A program made the position numbers and the translations under genes. Positions 39,135 to 49,221 of a stretch of 64,000 nucleotides of DNA are shown piece after piece; the first letter of the stretch is position 1, and every line of letters starts with the position of its first letter. This DNA is from Candidatus Omnitrophota bacterium. GTDB taxonomy: Bacteria; Omnitrophota; Gorgyraeia; JAHJTE01. The notes beneath the pieces are model-generated. The model searched no databases and was not told the DNA's origin. It saw only the letters and a list, made by a program, of their open reading frames with translations. The DNA lies in the NCBI GenBank assembly GCA_040753675.1, contig JBFMEB010000001.1, forward strand, positions 32,498 through 96,497, read 5' to 3'.

Positions 39135-40118
39135 TTAGAGGGTGGGAAATTTTGAATATTTATTTCTCCAATAATTTAATAAATCCCTAAAAGTCGTTTC
39201 AATGGGTATCCGGGGCTTCCAATTAGTTACTTTTTGAAACTTTGAGGTATCCGGTATTTGCAAAGTAACGTCCGAAGGCCTCAACAATGAAGGGTCGACT
39301 TTGATTTTTATCTTTTTATTAGTCATGCTTAATAAAATTTTTAGCATTTGTCCTACCTTCATAGTACTATGTCCGCCAACATTATAAACCTCGCCCGCTG
39401 GACATTTATTAACCAAAAGCCAGTATGCTCGCACTGTATCACGAACATCACAAAAAGTCCTTATGCTATTTAAGTTACCAACAAATAAAACTGGTTTTTG
39501 TAATCCTTTTTCAATACGTGCAATCTGACGGGCAAAAGAAGAAGAAGCAAATACATCTCCCCTACGAGGACCAGTATGTGTAAACATGCGAGTGCGAATT
39601 GTCTTAATACCATAAGATATAAAATATTGATAGGCTAACATATCCTCTGCAACTTTGCTTACTGCATAAGGACTCGCCGGTCTAAAGCCTTGACTCTCTT
39701 TTATAGGAACTTCGTCTTTTTTAACGTGACCATAAACTTCTGAGGAACTACAGATATGTACAATGGGGTCAATTTTACAATAGCGTATCGCCTCGAGTAA
39801 ATTTATTGTTCCGCATACATTTGTTTCAATAGTATTAACTGGCGCATTAAAGCTGGTCTGCACATACGACTGAGCAGCTAAATGAAATATTATATCTGGT
39901 TTAATCTTTTCTATAGCCTCCAATGTCGATTTGAAATCCAGCAATTCGCAATAATGTAACTCTATTCTTTCCATAATTCCTAAGATGTTCTCTGTAGGAC
40001 TTCTCCAACGTCTGATGCCGTGGATTTTAATATTTTTGTCAGTCAATGATAAAAGATAATCTGCAAGATGACTACCTACAAAACCAGTTATACCAGTAAT
40101 CAAAATATTCCTTCGCAT
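39135..40118 (-). CDS. NDP-sugar 4,6-dehydratase family SDR (GDP-mannose/heptose 4,6-dehydratase-like)
   Basis: ITGITGFVGSHL Rossmann motif, FHLAAQSYV, ETNVCGTINLLEA, YAVSK catalytic motif. Confidence 0.6.
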   Translation of the reverse strand: MRRNILITGITGFVGSHLADYLLSLTDKNIKIHGIRRWRSPTENILGIMERIELHYCELLDFKSTLEAIEKIKPDIIFHLAAQSYVQTSFNAPVNTIETNVCGTINLLEAIRYCKIDPIVHICSSSEVYGHVKKDEVPIKESQGFRPASPYAVSKVAEDMLAYQYFISYGIKTIRTRMFTHTGPRRGDVFASSSFARQIARIEKGLQKPVLFVGNLNSIRTFCDVRDTVRAYWLLVNKCPAGEVYNVGGHSTMKVGQMLKILLSMTNKKIKIKVDPSLLRPSDVTLQIPDTSKFQKVTNWKPRIPIETTFRDLLNYWRNKYSKFPTL

Positions 40119-40146
40119 AATAAACTCCTTCAGGCAATAAAAACTT

Positions 40147-40941
40147 TTATATTTTTTTTATGGTCACTATCATATTATTACCAAAAAGTTGCATTAGTGG
40201 TCTAAAAATAAACTCAATAAAATTAACTACACCATATAAAAAATGAGGAACAAATGGCTTGTAAGTTAAGCCTCCGGACAAAGTATATCTAAGAAAATCA
40301 TGATAAATAAACGAAATTATTTTCAGTCTTTTAAATCTTTGTGTAAAAATATATGCATCTCTCTTAAAAATAATATAAGGCAAGGCCATATTAACCTTGG
40401 TTAGCCTGCCCTCAATAGTCTTATCTTCAATCTTCCAGCGCTTAAGAAGCTTATTGGTATATTCATTATGAAAATTTTTATTCATAAAATAACCGAAAGA
40501 ACTGCTTGAGGGCTCATTACAAACAAATATTCCATCAGATACTAAAACGCGCTGAATTTCTTCCAAGCACTTACCCGGATCCTCAATATGGTGCAAAACA
40601 CCATTAGCATATATAGCTTTTAAAGAATTGTCTGGAAAAGACAAACAAGTAACATCCTCCACACGATCAATCCCTTCAGATTCTACAATATCAGAAGTAA
40701 TTACATTAGGCAAAAATTCTTTTAAGAAACCGCCGCCACTACCTATCTCAAGTGAAGGAAAATTTAAATATTCTAGAGAATCTTCAATTTTTTTAAAATA
40801 CCTATATATAAAATTATAATGCTCAGTAAGTAGTGGACTTTTTTTAATAATACGACGATGTATGGAAATAGCCTCTCTCGAGTCAATATCAAGATTTCTT
40901 ACATCAGGCCTAATAAATATTTTGTTGAAGAATCCGCGCAC
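40147..40941 (-). CDS. Class I SAM-dependent methyltransferase
   Basis: LEIGSGGGFL motif I, acidic motif II. Confidence 0.6.
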   Translation of the reverse strand: MRGFFNKIFIRPDVRNLDIDSREAISIHRRIIKKSPLLTEHYNFIYRYFKKIEDSLEYLNFPSLEIGSGGGFLKEFLPNVITSDIVESEGIDRVEDVTCLSFPDNSLKAIYANGVLHHIEDPGKCLEEIQRVLVSDGIFVCNEPSSSSFGYFMNKNFHNEYTNKLLKRWKIEDKTIEGRLTKVNMALPYIIFKRDAYIFTQRFKRLKIISFIYHDFLRYTLSGGLTYKPFVPHFLYGVVNFIEFIFRPLMQLFGNNMIVTIKKI

Positions 40942-40956
40942 TAGGTTTTAAATTGT

Positions 40957-41691
40957 CTATACATATCGTTTTTTAGAAAATAACTGCTTTGCCCTTCTGT
41001 AACCATTTGGCGTGCCAAAATCAACTAACTCGAAATTTTGCTTAAATCCATAACATCTCTTATCCATAAGTACAATCTTTGGGAAAAAATCATGTTCTAA
41101 GGAAATGACCCTTCTTCTGGGCATAAAAGAAAAAATATCTCTGTCCATAAGGTAGGTGCCTGCACTATAGAAATTTTCTATTTCGACTTTTGTCTTTTCT
41201 CTAAAAACAATTATCCTCTGTCGGTTATCTAAGATTACTTTGCCAAAATTTCGATTATTACACTTATCAACCAAAGCAAGGGAAAGTAATGCCTTCTTTC
41301 TTAAATGGAAATTGATAAATTTGCCAAGGTTCAGACTTAAAAAAGCATCACCGTTCATAACTAAAAAGGGATTACTACGAATTAAATTTTTTGCTTTTTT
41401 TATTGCGCCGCCTGTACCCAATGGTTTCTCTTCTTGAGAATATAAGACCTCCCACGGCAAAGAATGAGCGCAATAATATCTTTTAATAAAATCTCCTTTA
41501 TAACCCGTACACAGAATAAACCTAGAAAAGCCAAAACTCGATACATATTCCATAAGCAGAGATAGAAATGGTCTGTTACCAAAAACAGCCATGGGCTTTG
41601 GCCGGTCTTTTAATATTGAGCTTAACCTCTTTCCTTCACCGCCGCAAAGAATAACCACGTCTATCTTGGATGGATTTGTGTAATTGCTCAT
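40957..41691 (-). CDS. hddC: Sugar-phosphate nucleotidyltransferase (HddC-like heptose-1-phosphate guanylyltransferase)
   Basis: VVILCGGEGKRL nucleotidyltransferase signature; adjacent to the heptose kinase. Confidence 0.5.
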   Translation of the reverse strand: MSNYTNPSKIDVVILCGGEGKRLSSILKDRPKPMAVFGNRPFLSLLMEYVSSFGFSRFILCTGYKGDFIKRYYCAHSLPWEVLYSQEEKPLGTGGAIKKAKNLIRSNPFLVMNGDAFLSLNLGKFINFHLRKKALLSLALVDKCNNRNFGKVILDNRQRIIVFREKTKVEIENFYSAGTYLMDRDIFSFMPRRRVISLEHDFFPKIVLMDKRCYGFKQNFELVDFGTPNGYRRAKQLFSKKRYV

Positions 41692-42692
41692 GGGGCGAAA
41701 AAGTCAGGGCGATAGTAAATTATCTGGCTTCCTAATTCTTCAAATTTAAAAGGGACATATAATATTTTTTTAAGTTTTTCTCTAACCCTAGGTTGCAATT
41801 CTGGTTTCACAAAAAACAATATGAAACCACCTCCGCCAGCTCCTAATATTTTTCCTCCCAATGCACCCCCCCTCATGCCTGCTTCATATATGTCATCAAT
41901 AATAGGATTAGTTATCTTATTGCTTAAACTTCGCTTCAGTTTCCAACTTTCATGCAAAAGTTTACCAAATGCTTCAAAAGTGGTTTTAGTGTTCAATATA
42001 TTTAGTGCCTGATTTACCATCTCATATATTAATTTTAATTCTTTATTTTTCTTTGGTATGTTCTCGATTTGTTCTCCTGCGATCTCTGAAGCCAACCGCG
42101 ACATTCCGGTAAAAAAAAGCATTAAATGGCTTTGAAAAAATCTTATTTTCTTGGAATATAAGGTAACCGGCCTTACTTCTATATTATTTTTGCCGGGTTT
42201 AAATTCAATTTTATTAAATCCTCCGAATGCGGCAGTAACTTGGTCTTGTGAACCAATATTTTCTTTAGCCCAATTCTGTTCTATTTCTATGGCTTCCAAT
42301 GCTAACTGTTTTTTGCTTACCATTTTACCTTTTAAAGCATATAACGCATTCAGGAGGCCAACTGTAAAAGAAGAACTCGAACCCATACCTGAGCGCGCTG
42401 GCAAATCTGCTACATGCTGTATGCTGATTCCACGCCTTACTCTCATAAACCGGAGGGTCTCCCTAGCGGTAGGATGCTGTATATCATTAATATTTTTGAC
42501 CATCTCGTGCTTAGAATAAAATATGCGATGTTTACAATCGAAGAATGGCTGAAGATAACCACAGGTAATGTAACAGTATTTATCAATACTGGCGGCAAGG
42601 ACAGCGCCCGGGTTCCTTTTGTACCAATCTGGATAATCTGTCCCCCCACCAAAAAATGATATGCGAAATGGAGTTCTACTTATAACCATCAA
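41688..42692 (-). CDS. hddA: GHMP kinase, D-glycero-alpha-D-manno-heptose 7-phosphate kinase-like
   Basis: RTPFRISFFGGGTDYPDWY N-terminus, characteristic of HddA-type GHMP kinases. Confidence 0.55.
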   Translation of the reverse strand: MMVISRTPFRISFFGGGTDYPDWYKRNPGAVLAASIDKYCYITCGYLQPFFDCKHRIFYSKHEMVKNINDIQHPTARETLRFMRVRRGISIQHVADLPARSGMGSSSSFTVGLLNALYALKGKMVSKKQLALEAIEIEQNWAKENIGSQDQVTAAFGGFNKIEFKPGKNNIEVRPVTLYSKKIRFFQSHLMLFFTGMSRLASEIAGEQIENIPKKNKELKLIYEMVNQALNILNTKTTFEAFGKLLHESWKLKRSLSNKITNPIIDDIYEAGMRGGALGGKILGAGGGGFILFFVKPELQPRVREKLKKILYVPFKFEELGSQIIYYRPDFFAP

Positions 42693-42719
42693 ACCTCCTA
42701 AGTTTTTTAAATTATCTCT

Positions 42720-43235
42720 TCAGGAGACAAAATGACCAAGTTTATCTCTCTTTGAAAGCATGGGGTTTTTAATCGGCCAAGAAATATTAAATCTGGAGTC
42801 ATTCCATTTATATGTAAATTGATTTTTGGGATTATAATAGGTAGATTGTTTATAGTGAAATATCGCTAATTTACTCAAGACCAGATGAGCATTTCCATGC
42901 TTTGGCGGCACTAAAACTTGAAATCTATTTTTATCAGATAGAATAAATGATTGCCATTTGCCAAAATCTTTTGATGAAATATCGCAATTAACTACCACCA
43001 AATAAAACTTTCCGAATAGGCAGGATATTAATTTCCACGTCTGGTTATCACCGTGGATTCCCCGTAATACATTTTTCTTTGATACAGAGATATCATCTTG
43101 GATAAATTTTATATCTATACCATTTTGACAATACAACTCTTTATTATAAATCTCGGCGTATTCTCCGCGATGGTCTTTAAAAACATCTGGCTTAATCAGT
43201 AAAACTTTCTCTAGTTCTGTTTTCTCTATTCTCAT
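42720..43235 (-). CDS. RmlC-like cupin NDP-sugar 3,5-epimerase family protein
   Basis: FKDHRGEYAEIY, LRGIHGD, KFYLVVV...FGKWQSF, VLVPPKHGNAHLV motifs. Confidence 0.65.
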   Translation of the reverse strand: MRIEKTELEKVLLIKPDVFKDHRGEYAEIYNKELYCQNGIDIKFIQDDISVSKKNVLRGIHGDNQTWKLISCLFGKFYLVVVNCDISSKDFGKWQSFILSDKNRFQVLVPPKHGNAHLVLSKLAIFHYKQSTYYNPKNQFTYKWNDSRFNISWPIKNPMLSKRDKLGHFVS

Positions 43236-44566
43236 CTGCCTAAGTTCCTAGACTTATCAAAGCGCTCATAGGCCTCATCTTGATACTTAAGCAAGTCTTC
43301 ATTTGATACGTTTGATAAATTTATACCGACGCTATCATAATAATTGGTTGCCTCCATCTGTTCAAAGCTCCAGGGATCAACCAACCCTTGCAAACAAGCA
43401 AAGTCATAAACCTTTGTACCAGGATAGGGAGCAAGAATCATAAATTTTGATTGGTCAGCGTTTAGTTCAAAGGCGAAATCAATAGTCTCTCTGATGGTTT
43501 GATGAGTATCACCTGGCAATCCTATAATGTAGCTGGCTATGCTGGCAAGTTTTGCATCTTTCATTATCTTTATAGCTCTCCTAAAGTCCTCTTTTGTTTC
43601 CTTTTTCCCAATCTTACTCAGCATTTCTTCATTGCCACTTTCTACACCAAGAGCAGCGAATAAACATCCAGATTTTTTTAAGGCCTCAACCAATTCCTTG
43701 GAGACAGAATCTGCCCTTAACTGAACCGTATACCCTATTTCAATCCTATCTTCGATTATTCGCTTACATATAGAGAGTGCTCTTTCTTCATCTATTGCAA
43801 AATCATCATCCCAGAACATTAGATTCTTCACTTTTAAAATATTCACAATATACCTGATTTCTTTTATAACATTTTCAATTGAACGTAGCCTAATTTTTCT
43901 CTTCCAAGTGACATTGGAAACACAAAAAATACAATCGTATGGACAACCCCTTCCGGAGTATACAGCCAGATGTCTCCCATCAAAATAATTCGGATCTATA
44001 TATTCATTAATATTCATTAAGTCCCAAGCAGGAAAAGGTAACATATCTAGATTTTTTATGAAAGGGCGAACCTCATTTACCTTTATCATATCTTGGTTTC
44101 TATATACTAGATTTTTTATCGAATCTGGCTTCTTATTCCTCTCTAACGCATTCAGTAACTCCAAAAGAGCATCCTCGCCCTCTCCGATTATACCAAATGA
44201 AATCCCTTCAAAAAGCGAAACTGATGGAGCGCCAGTAAGATGGGGCCCACCAACTACTGTGATAACACTACTATCCCTTGCCTTTATTTCCTGAGCAATT
44301 TTTACAATAACCGGATATCTTGGCGTAAGGGTTGTAAAACAGACGTATTTGGGTGAGGATTCAAGAATAATATTAGCCATTTCACTATGAGAGGTCACAG
44401 GTGTTATTTCAAAATCCACAATTGAACAATCGTAATTGCCTTTCTCGCGAATAAATGAAGCCAGCAACGCAATATTTAAAGGGCAGCGGATAACCCCTTG
44501 TTTTTTCCATTGCTCTGATTTCTGCAGATTTGGCGCTCTGACAAAAACAACTTTTACTCTATTCAT
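43232..44566 (-). CDS. B12-binding domain radical SAM protein
   Basis: N-terminal cobalamin-binding Rossmann region and radical SAM CPYDCIFC. Confidence 0.7.
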   Translation of the reverse strand: MNRVKVVFVRAPNLQKSEQWKKQGVIRCPLNIALLASFIREKGNYDCSIVDFEITPVTSHSEMANIILESSPKYVCFTTLTPRYPVIVKIAQEIKARDSSVITVVGGPHLTGAPSVSLFEGISFGIIGEGEDALLELLNALERNKKPDSIKNLVYRNQDMIKVNEVRPFIKNLDMLPFPAWDLMNINEYIDPNYFDGRHLAVYSGRGCPYDCIFCVSNVTWKRKIRLRSIENVIKEIRYIVNILKVKNLMFWDDDFAIDEERALSICKRIIEDRIEIGYTVQLRADSVSKELVEALKKSGCLFAALGVESGNEEMLSKIGKKETKEDFRRAIKIMKDAKLASIASYIIGLPGDTHQTIRETIDFAFELNADQSKFMILAPYPGTKVYDFACLQGLVDPWSFEQMEATNYYDSVGINLSNVSNEDLLKYQDEAYERFDKSRNLGR

Positions 44567-44573
44567 TTATTTA

Positions 44574-45572
44574 CTAATCTTCGGATAAAATACTATACCT
44601 CTCTAAGAGATTTGTTTTATGTAAGTAATACCATTCTATGGTCTTACGTATCCCAGTATTTATATCTATTTTAGGTGACCATCCCAGCTGGAACTTTGCC
44701 TTATCAATGCTTGCAACTCTATGCTTCTCTCCAGTCTGTCTTGTCGTATCCCATCGTATGGCAACTTTTCTGCCAATAAACTTCTCTGCACTAGCTACTA
44801 TGATTTCAGCCAAAGCTTTAATTGACAAAGGTAGCCCACTACCAACATTAAAAGGCCCTCGAGTATTTTTAATAATCATAAGAATCAAGAAATCCGCAAC
44901 GTCTTGCGAATACACAAAATCTCTTACGGCGGAACCATCTCCCCAAATGGTCAAGGGGTCTTCGCCATTAAATACACGATAGATCAAGGCAGGAATAACT
45001 AAGGCGGAATGTGGGTTAAAATTATCATATGGACCATAGGTATTCGTTGGACGAACAATAAAAAAATTTTCTAAATTGTACTGAAGTTTATAAGCTTCAA
45101 TCTGCATCTCTCCGATCAACTTAGACATTCCACCAAATATATCGGAAGAATCAGGTAAACCAGTTAAGGCATTTTTCTCTTCGAAGACTTCCGCAGGTGG
45201 ATAAATACAAATACTGCTGGCATACAAAAATCGCTCTACTGCAGCTTTTCTTGCAGCCTCCATAATCTGAATATTCATCAAAATATTCTTGATAAGAAAA
45301 GTGGAGGCTTTGGCATGTGCGACATCTATGCCTCCTTTGATTCCAGCTAGATGGAAGACTACCTGCATATCCTTTACTATTTCGGTGCATAACTTTTCAT
45401 TGCATAAATCTCCATTTATAAATTCAATTCGGCTACCAAAAGGAGACTTTAAATCCAAACTCACAACTCTAATGTTAGCCCCTAACTTATCTAATTTCTT
45501 TACTAAAGGGATGCCTATTAAACCTGTCCCACCAGTAACTAAAACTTTTTTATTATGAAAATAATTGTACAT
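44574..45572 (-). CDS. NAD-dependent epimerase/dehydratase (GDP-fucose-synthase-like reductase/epimerase)
   Basis: VLVTGGTGLIG Rossmann motif; YxxxK. Confidence 0.6.
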   Translation of the reverse strand: MYNYFHNKKVLVTGGTGLIGIPLVKKLDKLGANIRVVSLDLKSPFGSRIEFINGDLCNEKLCTEIVKDMQVVFHLAGIKGGIDVAHAKASTFLIKNILMNIQIMEAARKAAVERFLYASSICIYPPAEVFEEKNALTGLPDSSDIFGGMSKLIGEMQIEAYKLQYNLENFFIVRPTNTYGPYDNFNPHSALVIPALIYRVFNGEDPLTIWGDGSAVRDFVYSQDVADFLILMIIKNTRGPFNVGSGLPLSIKALAEIIVASAEKFIGRKVAIRWDTTRQTGEKHRVASIDKAKFQLGWSPKIDINTGIRKTIEWYYLHKTNLLERYSILSED

Positions 45573-45636
45573 TTTAAATCAAGAATTTTATAAAAATTTT
45601 TATCACAATTTATTTTACCTTTTTGCTTTATAAAAT

Positions 45637-45819
45637 TTAATAATTATATCTATCAGCATAAATTCCAAAAATTTTTAGCCAAGTTAAAGCTTCGGAACTG
45701 ATAATGTGAAAAACCTCTCCGATTGCATCCCTTAATCCAATAAGACCAATTAAGCCAACAGCAAAATTGGAACAGCTAGCACTAACAGACCCTGTACCAC
45801 CAATAAATAAAACTTTCAA
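45637..45819 (-). pseudogene. 60-aa remnant resembling the N-terminus of an SDR epimerase (KVLFIGGTGSV)
   Basis: Rossmann GxxGxxG start but truncated; lies between two full-length SDR genes. Confidence 0.3.
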
Positions 45820-46808
45820 TAAGATAATCCCTTCAAATTGTTACATTTAATTAGGCTATTTCTTGTTTGCGTATACCATGCTACTGTATCCTTAAGGCCT
45901 TCTTTTAAATATACTTTTGGCTCAAAACCCAATATTCTTTTTGCCATTGAGATATCAACTGCACGGAATGGTATTATCGAGGGTTTAGATACATTAAATA
46001 TAACTTTAGCTCTTTCATGGTCCGCAGCCTTAAGGATTATTTGCACAACTTCTTTAATCTTGACGGGTTTGCCATAGCCCAAATTGAGAGGATCGCATGT
46101 TGCATATTTTTCCAATATAAGTAGACAACCACGCGCTAAATCGCTGACATGCAGTAAATCACGCACTTCTTCTCCGCTGCCCCATACCTCATATGGGTTA
46201 TGTTTTTCAACTGCTTTGCGAATTAGAGCTGGAATAACATGACAAGTTGTTAAGTCAAAGTTATCCCAGCTACCATAAATAGTCGTAGGCCGTACAATGG
46301 CAATTTTCATATTAGATATCGATGAAACAAATTCTCCGAGTTTCTCAAAATATCGTCTCATCCACCCATACCCGGAATATGTTGGATGAGGCGAACCACT
46401 CCACATCTCCTCTTCTTTAACTGGATGGTCAGTAGGTGGATAAGCTGTGCTACTGCTAAACAATAAAAACCGTTCGACATTTGACTGCCAGGCAGCCTGA
46501 AGCATCTGTGCCGTAAGTATCAGATTTGTCGCAATAGAAACCATAGAATCAAATCCTGATATAGCTGCCGCCCCTACAGAACCCGCAGCATGAAAAATAT
46601 AATCAACCCCTTTCAGTACTTTTAAACAATCTTCCTGTATGGTTAAATCTGCTTTAATTGTTTCAATGCGTTTGTCTTTAATTATCAGTGGCCGCTTATG
46701 CACTGGTATACGCACTTTGGCATCAGCTTTTAAAAGTTCCTGCACAATGTGCGAACCCACGAATCCTGTACCGCCAGCAACTAAGACTACTTTTCCTTTG
46801 TAAAACAT
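45816..46808 (-). CDS. NAD-dependent epimerase/dehydratase family protein
   Basis: VVLVAGGTGFVGSHIV; YSGYGWMRR catalytic YxxxK-like. Confidence 0.6.
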   Translation of the reverse strand: MFYKGKVVLVAGGTGFVGSHIVQELLKADAKVRIPVHKRPLIIKDKRIETIKADLTIQEDCLKVLKGVDYIFHAAGSVGAAAISGFDSMVSIATNLILTAQMLQAAWQSNVERFLLFSSSTAYPPTDHPVKEEEMWSGSPHPTYSGYGWMRRYFEKLGEFVSSISNMKIAIVRPTTIYGSWDNFDLTTCHVIPALIRKAVEKHNPYEVWGSGEEVRDLLHVSDLARGCLLILEKYATCDPLNLGYGKPVKIKEVVQIILKAADHERAKVIFNVSKPSIIPFRAVDISMAKRILGFEPKVYLKEGLKDTVAWYTQTRNSLIKCNNLKGLSY

Positions 46809-46818
46809 TTATTTAGGC

Positions 46819-47697
46819 TTAAGCTTTTGAATATTTTTTGATTTTGTTTTTTAATTTTTCTCTTATAGAAACTGAGTCAAGGCCTATTTTTTTTCTTACA
46901 TCATGAACGTTGCCATAACAAGAACAGAACTCATCGGGTATGCCATAATAGGATATATTTAAATGCGGAACTTCGCAAATCGCCTCATATAAACCAAAGG
47001 CATCATGGATAACCACAATTTCAGAATCTTTAAACCGACAAATTAACTCTTTATCAATAGGTTTTATTGTGTGAAAATAAACAAGATTAATATCTAAATC
47101 CTTACAAGCCTCCAAAACATTAGCAAGTATCGGACCAGCGGTTACAACTGTTAGCTTTGAATTTGTGTTTTTTAAAATTGCGCCTTTGCCAAATTCCACT
47201 GGCATATCAATCTTGTGCGGATAATCAGATAGCCGAAAATAAGTTGTCCGGCCATTGTTATATTGGCTGCGCAACAAAATATCTAACTCCTTAGTTGAAC
47301 CGGGCTGAATTATTTCTATATCTGGAAGTAATCTAAGAATAGCCAAATCAGTATAACAATGGTGAGTCGCACCATCCCAGGCATAATCAAAAGATGCACC
47401 ACAGGATACAATATTCGCTCCAAACTGATTATAACAAAGATCAAGCTTAACCTGTTCAAAACTTCTTTCAGTAATAAAAGGTGTTATGGTGTGGATAAAA
47501 GGATAAAACCCCTGAGAACTTAAGCCTGCTCCAACGCTTATCAGCGTATTCTCGCAGATTCCTATATTATAAAACCGGTTAGGGTATTTCTTTTTAAACT
47601 CATCAAAAAGGTAAACGCTCACGTCACCAAATAACAGGACTATTCGCTCATCATTATTTGATAAATCCATTATTGTTTCTCTAAACTGTTTCCTCAT
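46819..47697 (-). CDS. Transketolase family protein, C-terminal (pyrimidine-binding) half
   Basis: Split-transketolase architecture; overlaps the N-terminal half gene. Confidence 0.6.
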   Translation of the reverse strand: MRKQFRETIMDLSNNDERIVLLFGDVSVYLFDEFKKKYPNRFYNIGICENTLISVGAGLSSQGFYPFIHTITPFITERSFEQVKLDLCYNQFGANIVSCGASFDYAWDGATHHCYTDLAILRLLPDIEIIQPGSTKELDILLRSQYNNGRTTYFRLSDYPHKIDMPVEFGKGAILKNTNSKLTVVTAGPILANVLEACKDLDINLVYFHTIKPIDKELICRFKDSEIVVIHDAFGLYEAICEVPHLNISYYGIPDEFCSCYGNVHDVRKKIGLDSVSIREKLKNKIKKYSKA

Positions 47698-48466
47698 CCA
47701 ATTCCCTTAACAGTTTCTTAAGTTCCTCTGACGTAGGAGACTTCCTGTGCCACTCATAATGATTAGAAATAAGACTACGCGAACCAAACCCTTTTTTAGT
47801 GTGTGCGATTATTGCTCTCGGTTTAGATGAAACTACTAAAATCTCTTTTTTAAGTTGAGATATATCATGGCCATCAACTTCGACAGCCTCACATCCAAAA
47901 GCTCCTAATCTTTGTGCCGGGTTTTGTATCTGTAGCCCCCGCGAATGCGAGAGATTGTTATCGTAAATAATCGTAAGATTATTTAGTCCTAAATTAGTGG
48001 CTACCATTATAGCTTCCCAGACAGAACCTTCGTTAGCTTCTCCATCACCGATCAAAGTATAGACCCTGCGGCTATCTTCCTTTTTAATTTTTAACCCCAA
48101 AGCCATGCCTACTGCAATGGCGATACCATGGCCCAAAGATCCTGTAGATGCCTCTATCCCAGGAATCTTAATTCTATCCATATGGCAACCAAAATCAGAC
48201 GTAAATGAACCAAAGGAATAAACATTTTTAATATCAAAATAGCCAAAGTGAGCTAGGACACAATAAAGGCCAAGGCTGGCGTGACCTTTGCTTAAAACAA
48301 AAATATCACGCCTAGACCAACTTGGTTTTTTGGGATCATGGTTAATAGTATGATAAAGCGCATAAAGTATTTCAATCACTGAAAAACAGCTCGGTACATG
48401 GCCATGGCCACTCACATTAGAAATCTTCAAAATATCTTGTCTGATTCTTTTGCAATCTGGATTCAT
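47681..48466 (-). CDS. Transketolase, N-terminal thiamine-diphosphate-binding half
   Basis: GHGHVPSCFSVIEILYALY and GDGEANEGSVWEA TPP-binding motifs. Confidence 0.7.
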   Translation of the reverse strand: MNPDCKRIRQDILKISNVSGHGHVPSCFSVIEILYALYHTINHDPKKPSWSRRDIFVLSKGHASLGLYCVLAHFGYFDIKNVYSFGSFTSDFGCHMDRIKIPGIEASTGSLGHGIAIAVGMALGLKIKKEDSRRVYTLIGDGEANEGSVWEAIMVATNLGLNNLTIIYDNNLSHSRGLQIQNPAQRLGAFGCEAVEVDGHDISQLKKEILVVSSKPRAIIAHTKKGFGSRSLISNHYEWHRKSPTSEELKKLLRELDEETV

Positions 48467-49221
48467 CTAATCTCAATATAAGATACTCTCGCAGTCATTG
48501 GTAACCTCTGCACTCTGACATTATTTAAACTCAGCATTTCCTTCAAGGCAATGGTCTCTCCAGGAAATATATCGTCGCATAATTCATCAAATACCAATAT
48601 GCTGCCTTTACACAAATTAGGTTTAATTGTCTGGAGGGCGACTTTTGTCGGCTTATAAATGTCAAAATCAAAAATTGCCAAAGCAATTATAGTTTCCGGA
48701 TGTTTCTTGAAATAAGCCGGCACAGTCTTTATGGCATTGCCTTTTATGAGCTCGTACCTAATCAGATGAGACATCGGATTCAATGATTCTTGCATAGCTA
48801 ATATCCTATCAAGATAACCTATATAATCCCGAGGCAAGGAGAAGGAACCATCGCTACATTTGCTTAATTTTCCATCATGCCTACTTATGCCCTTAAGACC
48901 TTCGAATGTATCAAAACCCACAATTTTTCTATGTCTGTTAAAGGGCTCTAAAATTCCCCTTAGGGCTGACATAATGGAAAGTGTCTGGCCCCACCTTACG
49001 CCAAATTCGACAATTATACCGTGATGATTGACTATCTTCTTGTATATTTCATAAAAAAATAATATCCGAGACAAATTCTTTGAGGTTAAAAATAAACCGA
49101 GGTTAGGCAGCAATTCTTCATCCGGCAAAGGATTTACCTTGAGGCTATTTGTGAATTGTTTCTGAACCATTTTTTCTCTTTGACTCGATAAAACAATCGC
49201 CTTATATTTTTTTGTTTTCAT
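48463..49221 (-). CDS. TylF/MycF-family sugar O-methyltransferase (class I SAM MTase)
   Basis: IVEFGVRWGQTL and GFDTFEGL motifs typical of macrocin-O-MTase-like enzymes. Confidence 0.55.
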   Translation of the reverse strand: MKTKKYKAIVLSSQREKMVQKQFTNSLKVNPLPDEELLPNLGLFLTSKNLSRILFFYEIYKKIVNHHGIIVEFGVRWGQTLSIMSALRGILEPFNRHRKIVGFDTFEGLKGISRHDGKLSKCSDGSFSLPRDYIGYLDRILAMQESLNPMSHLIRYELIKGNAIKTVPAYFKKHPETIIALAIFDFDIYKPTKVALQTIKPNLCKGSILVFDELCDDIFPGETIALKEMLSLNNVRVQRLPMTARVSYIEIR

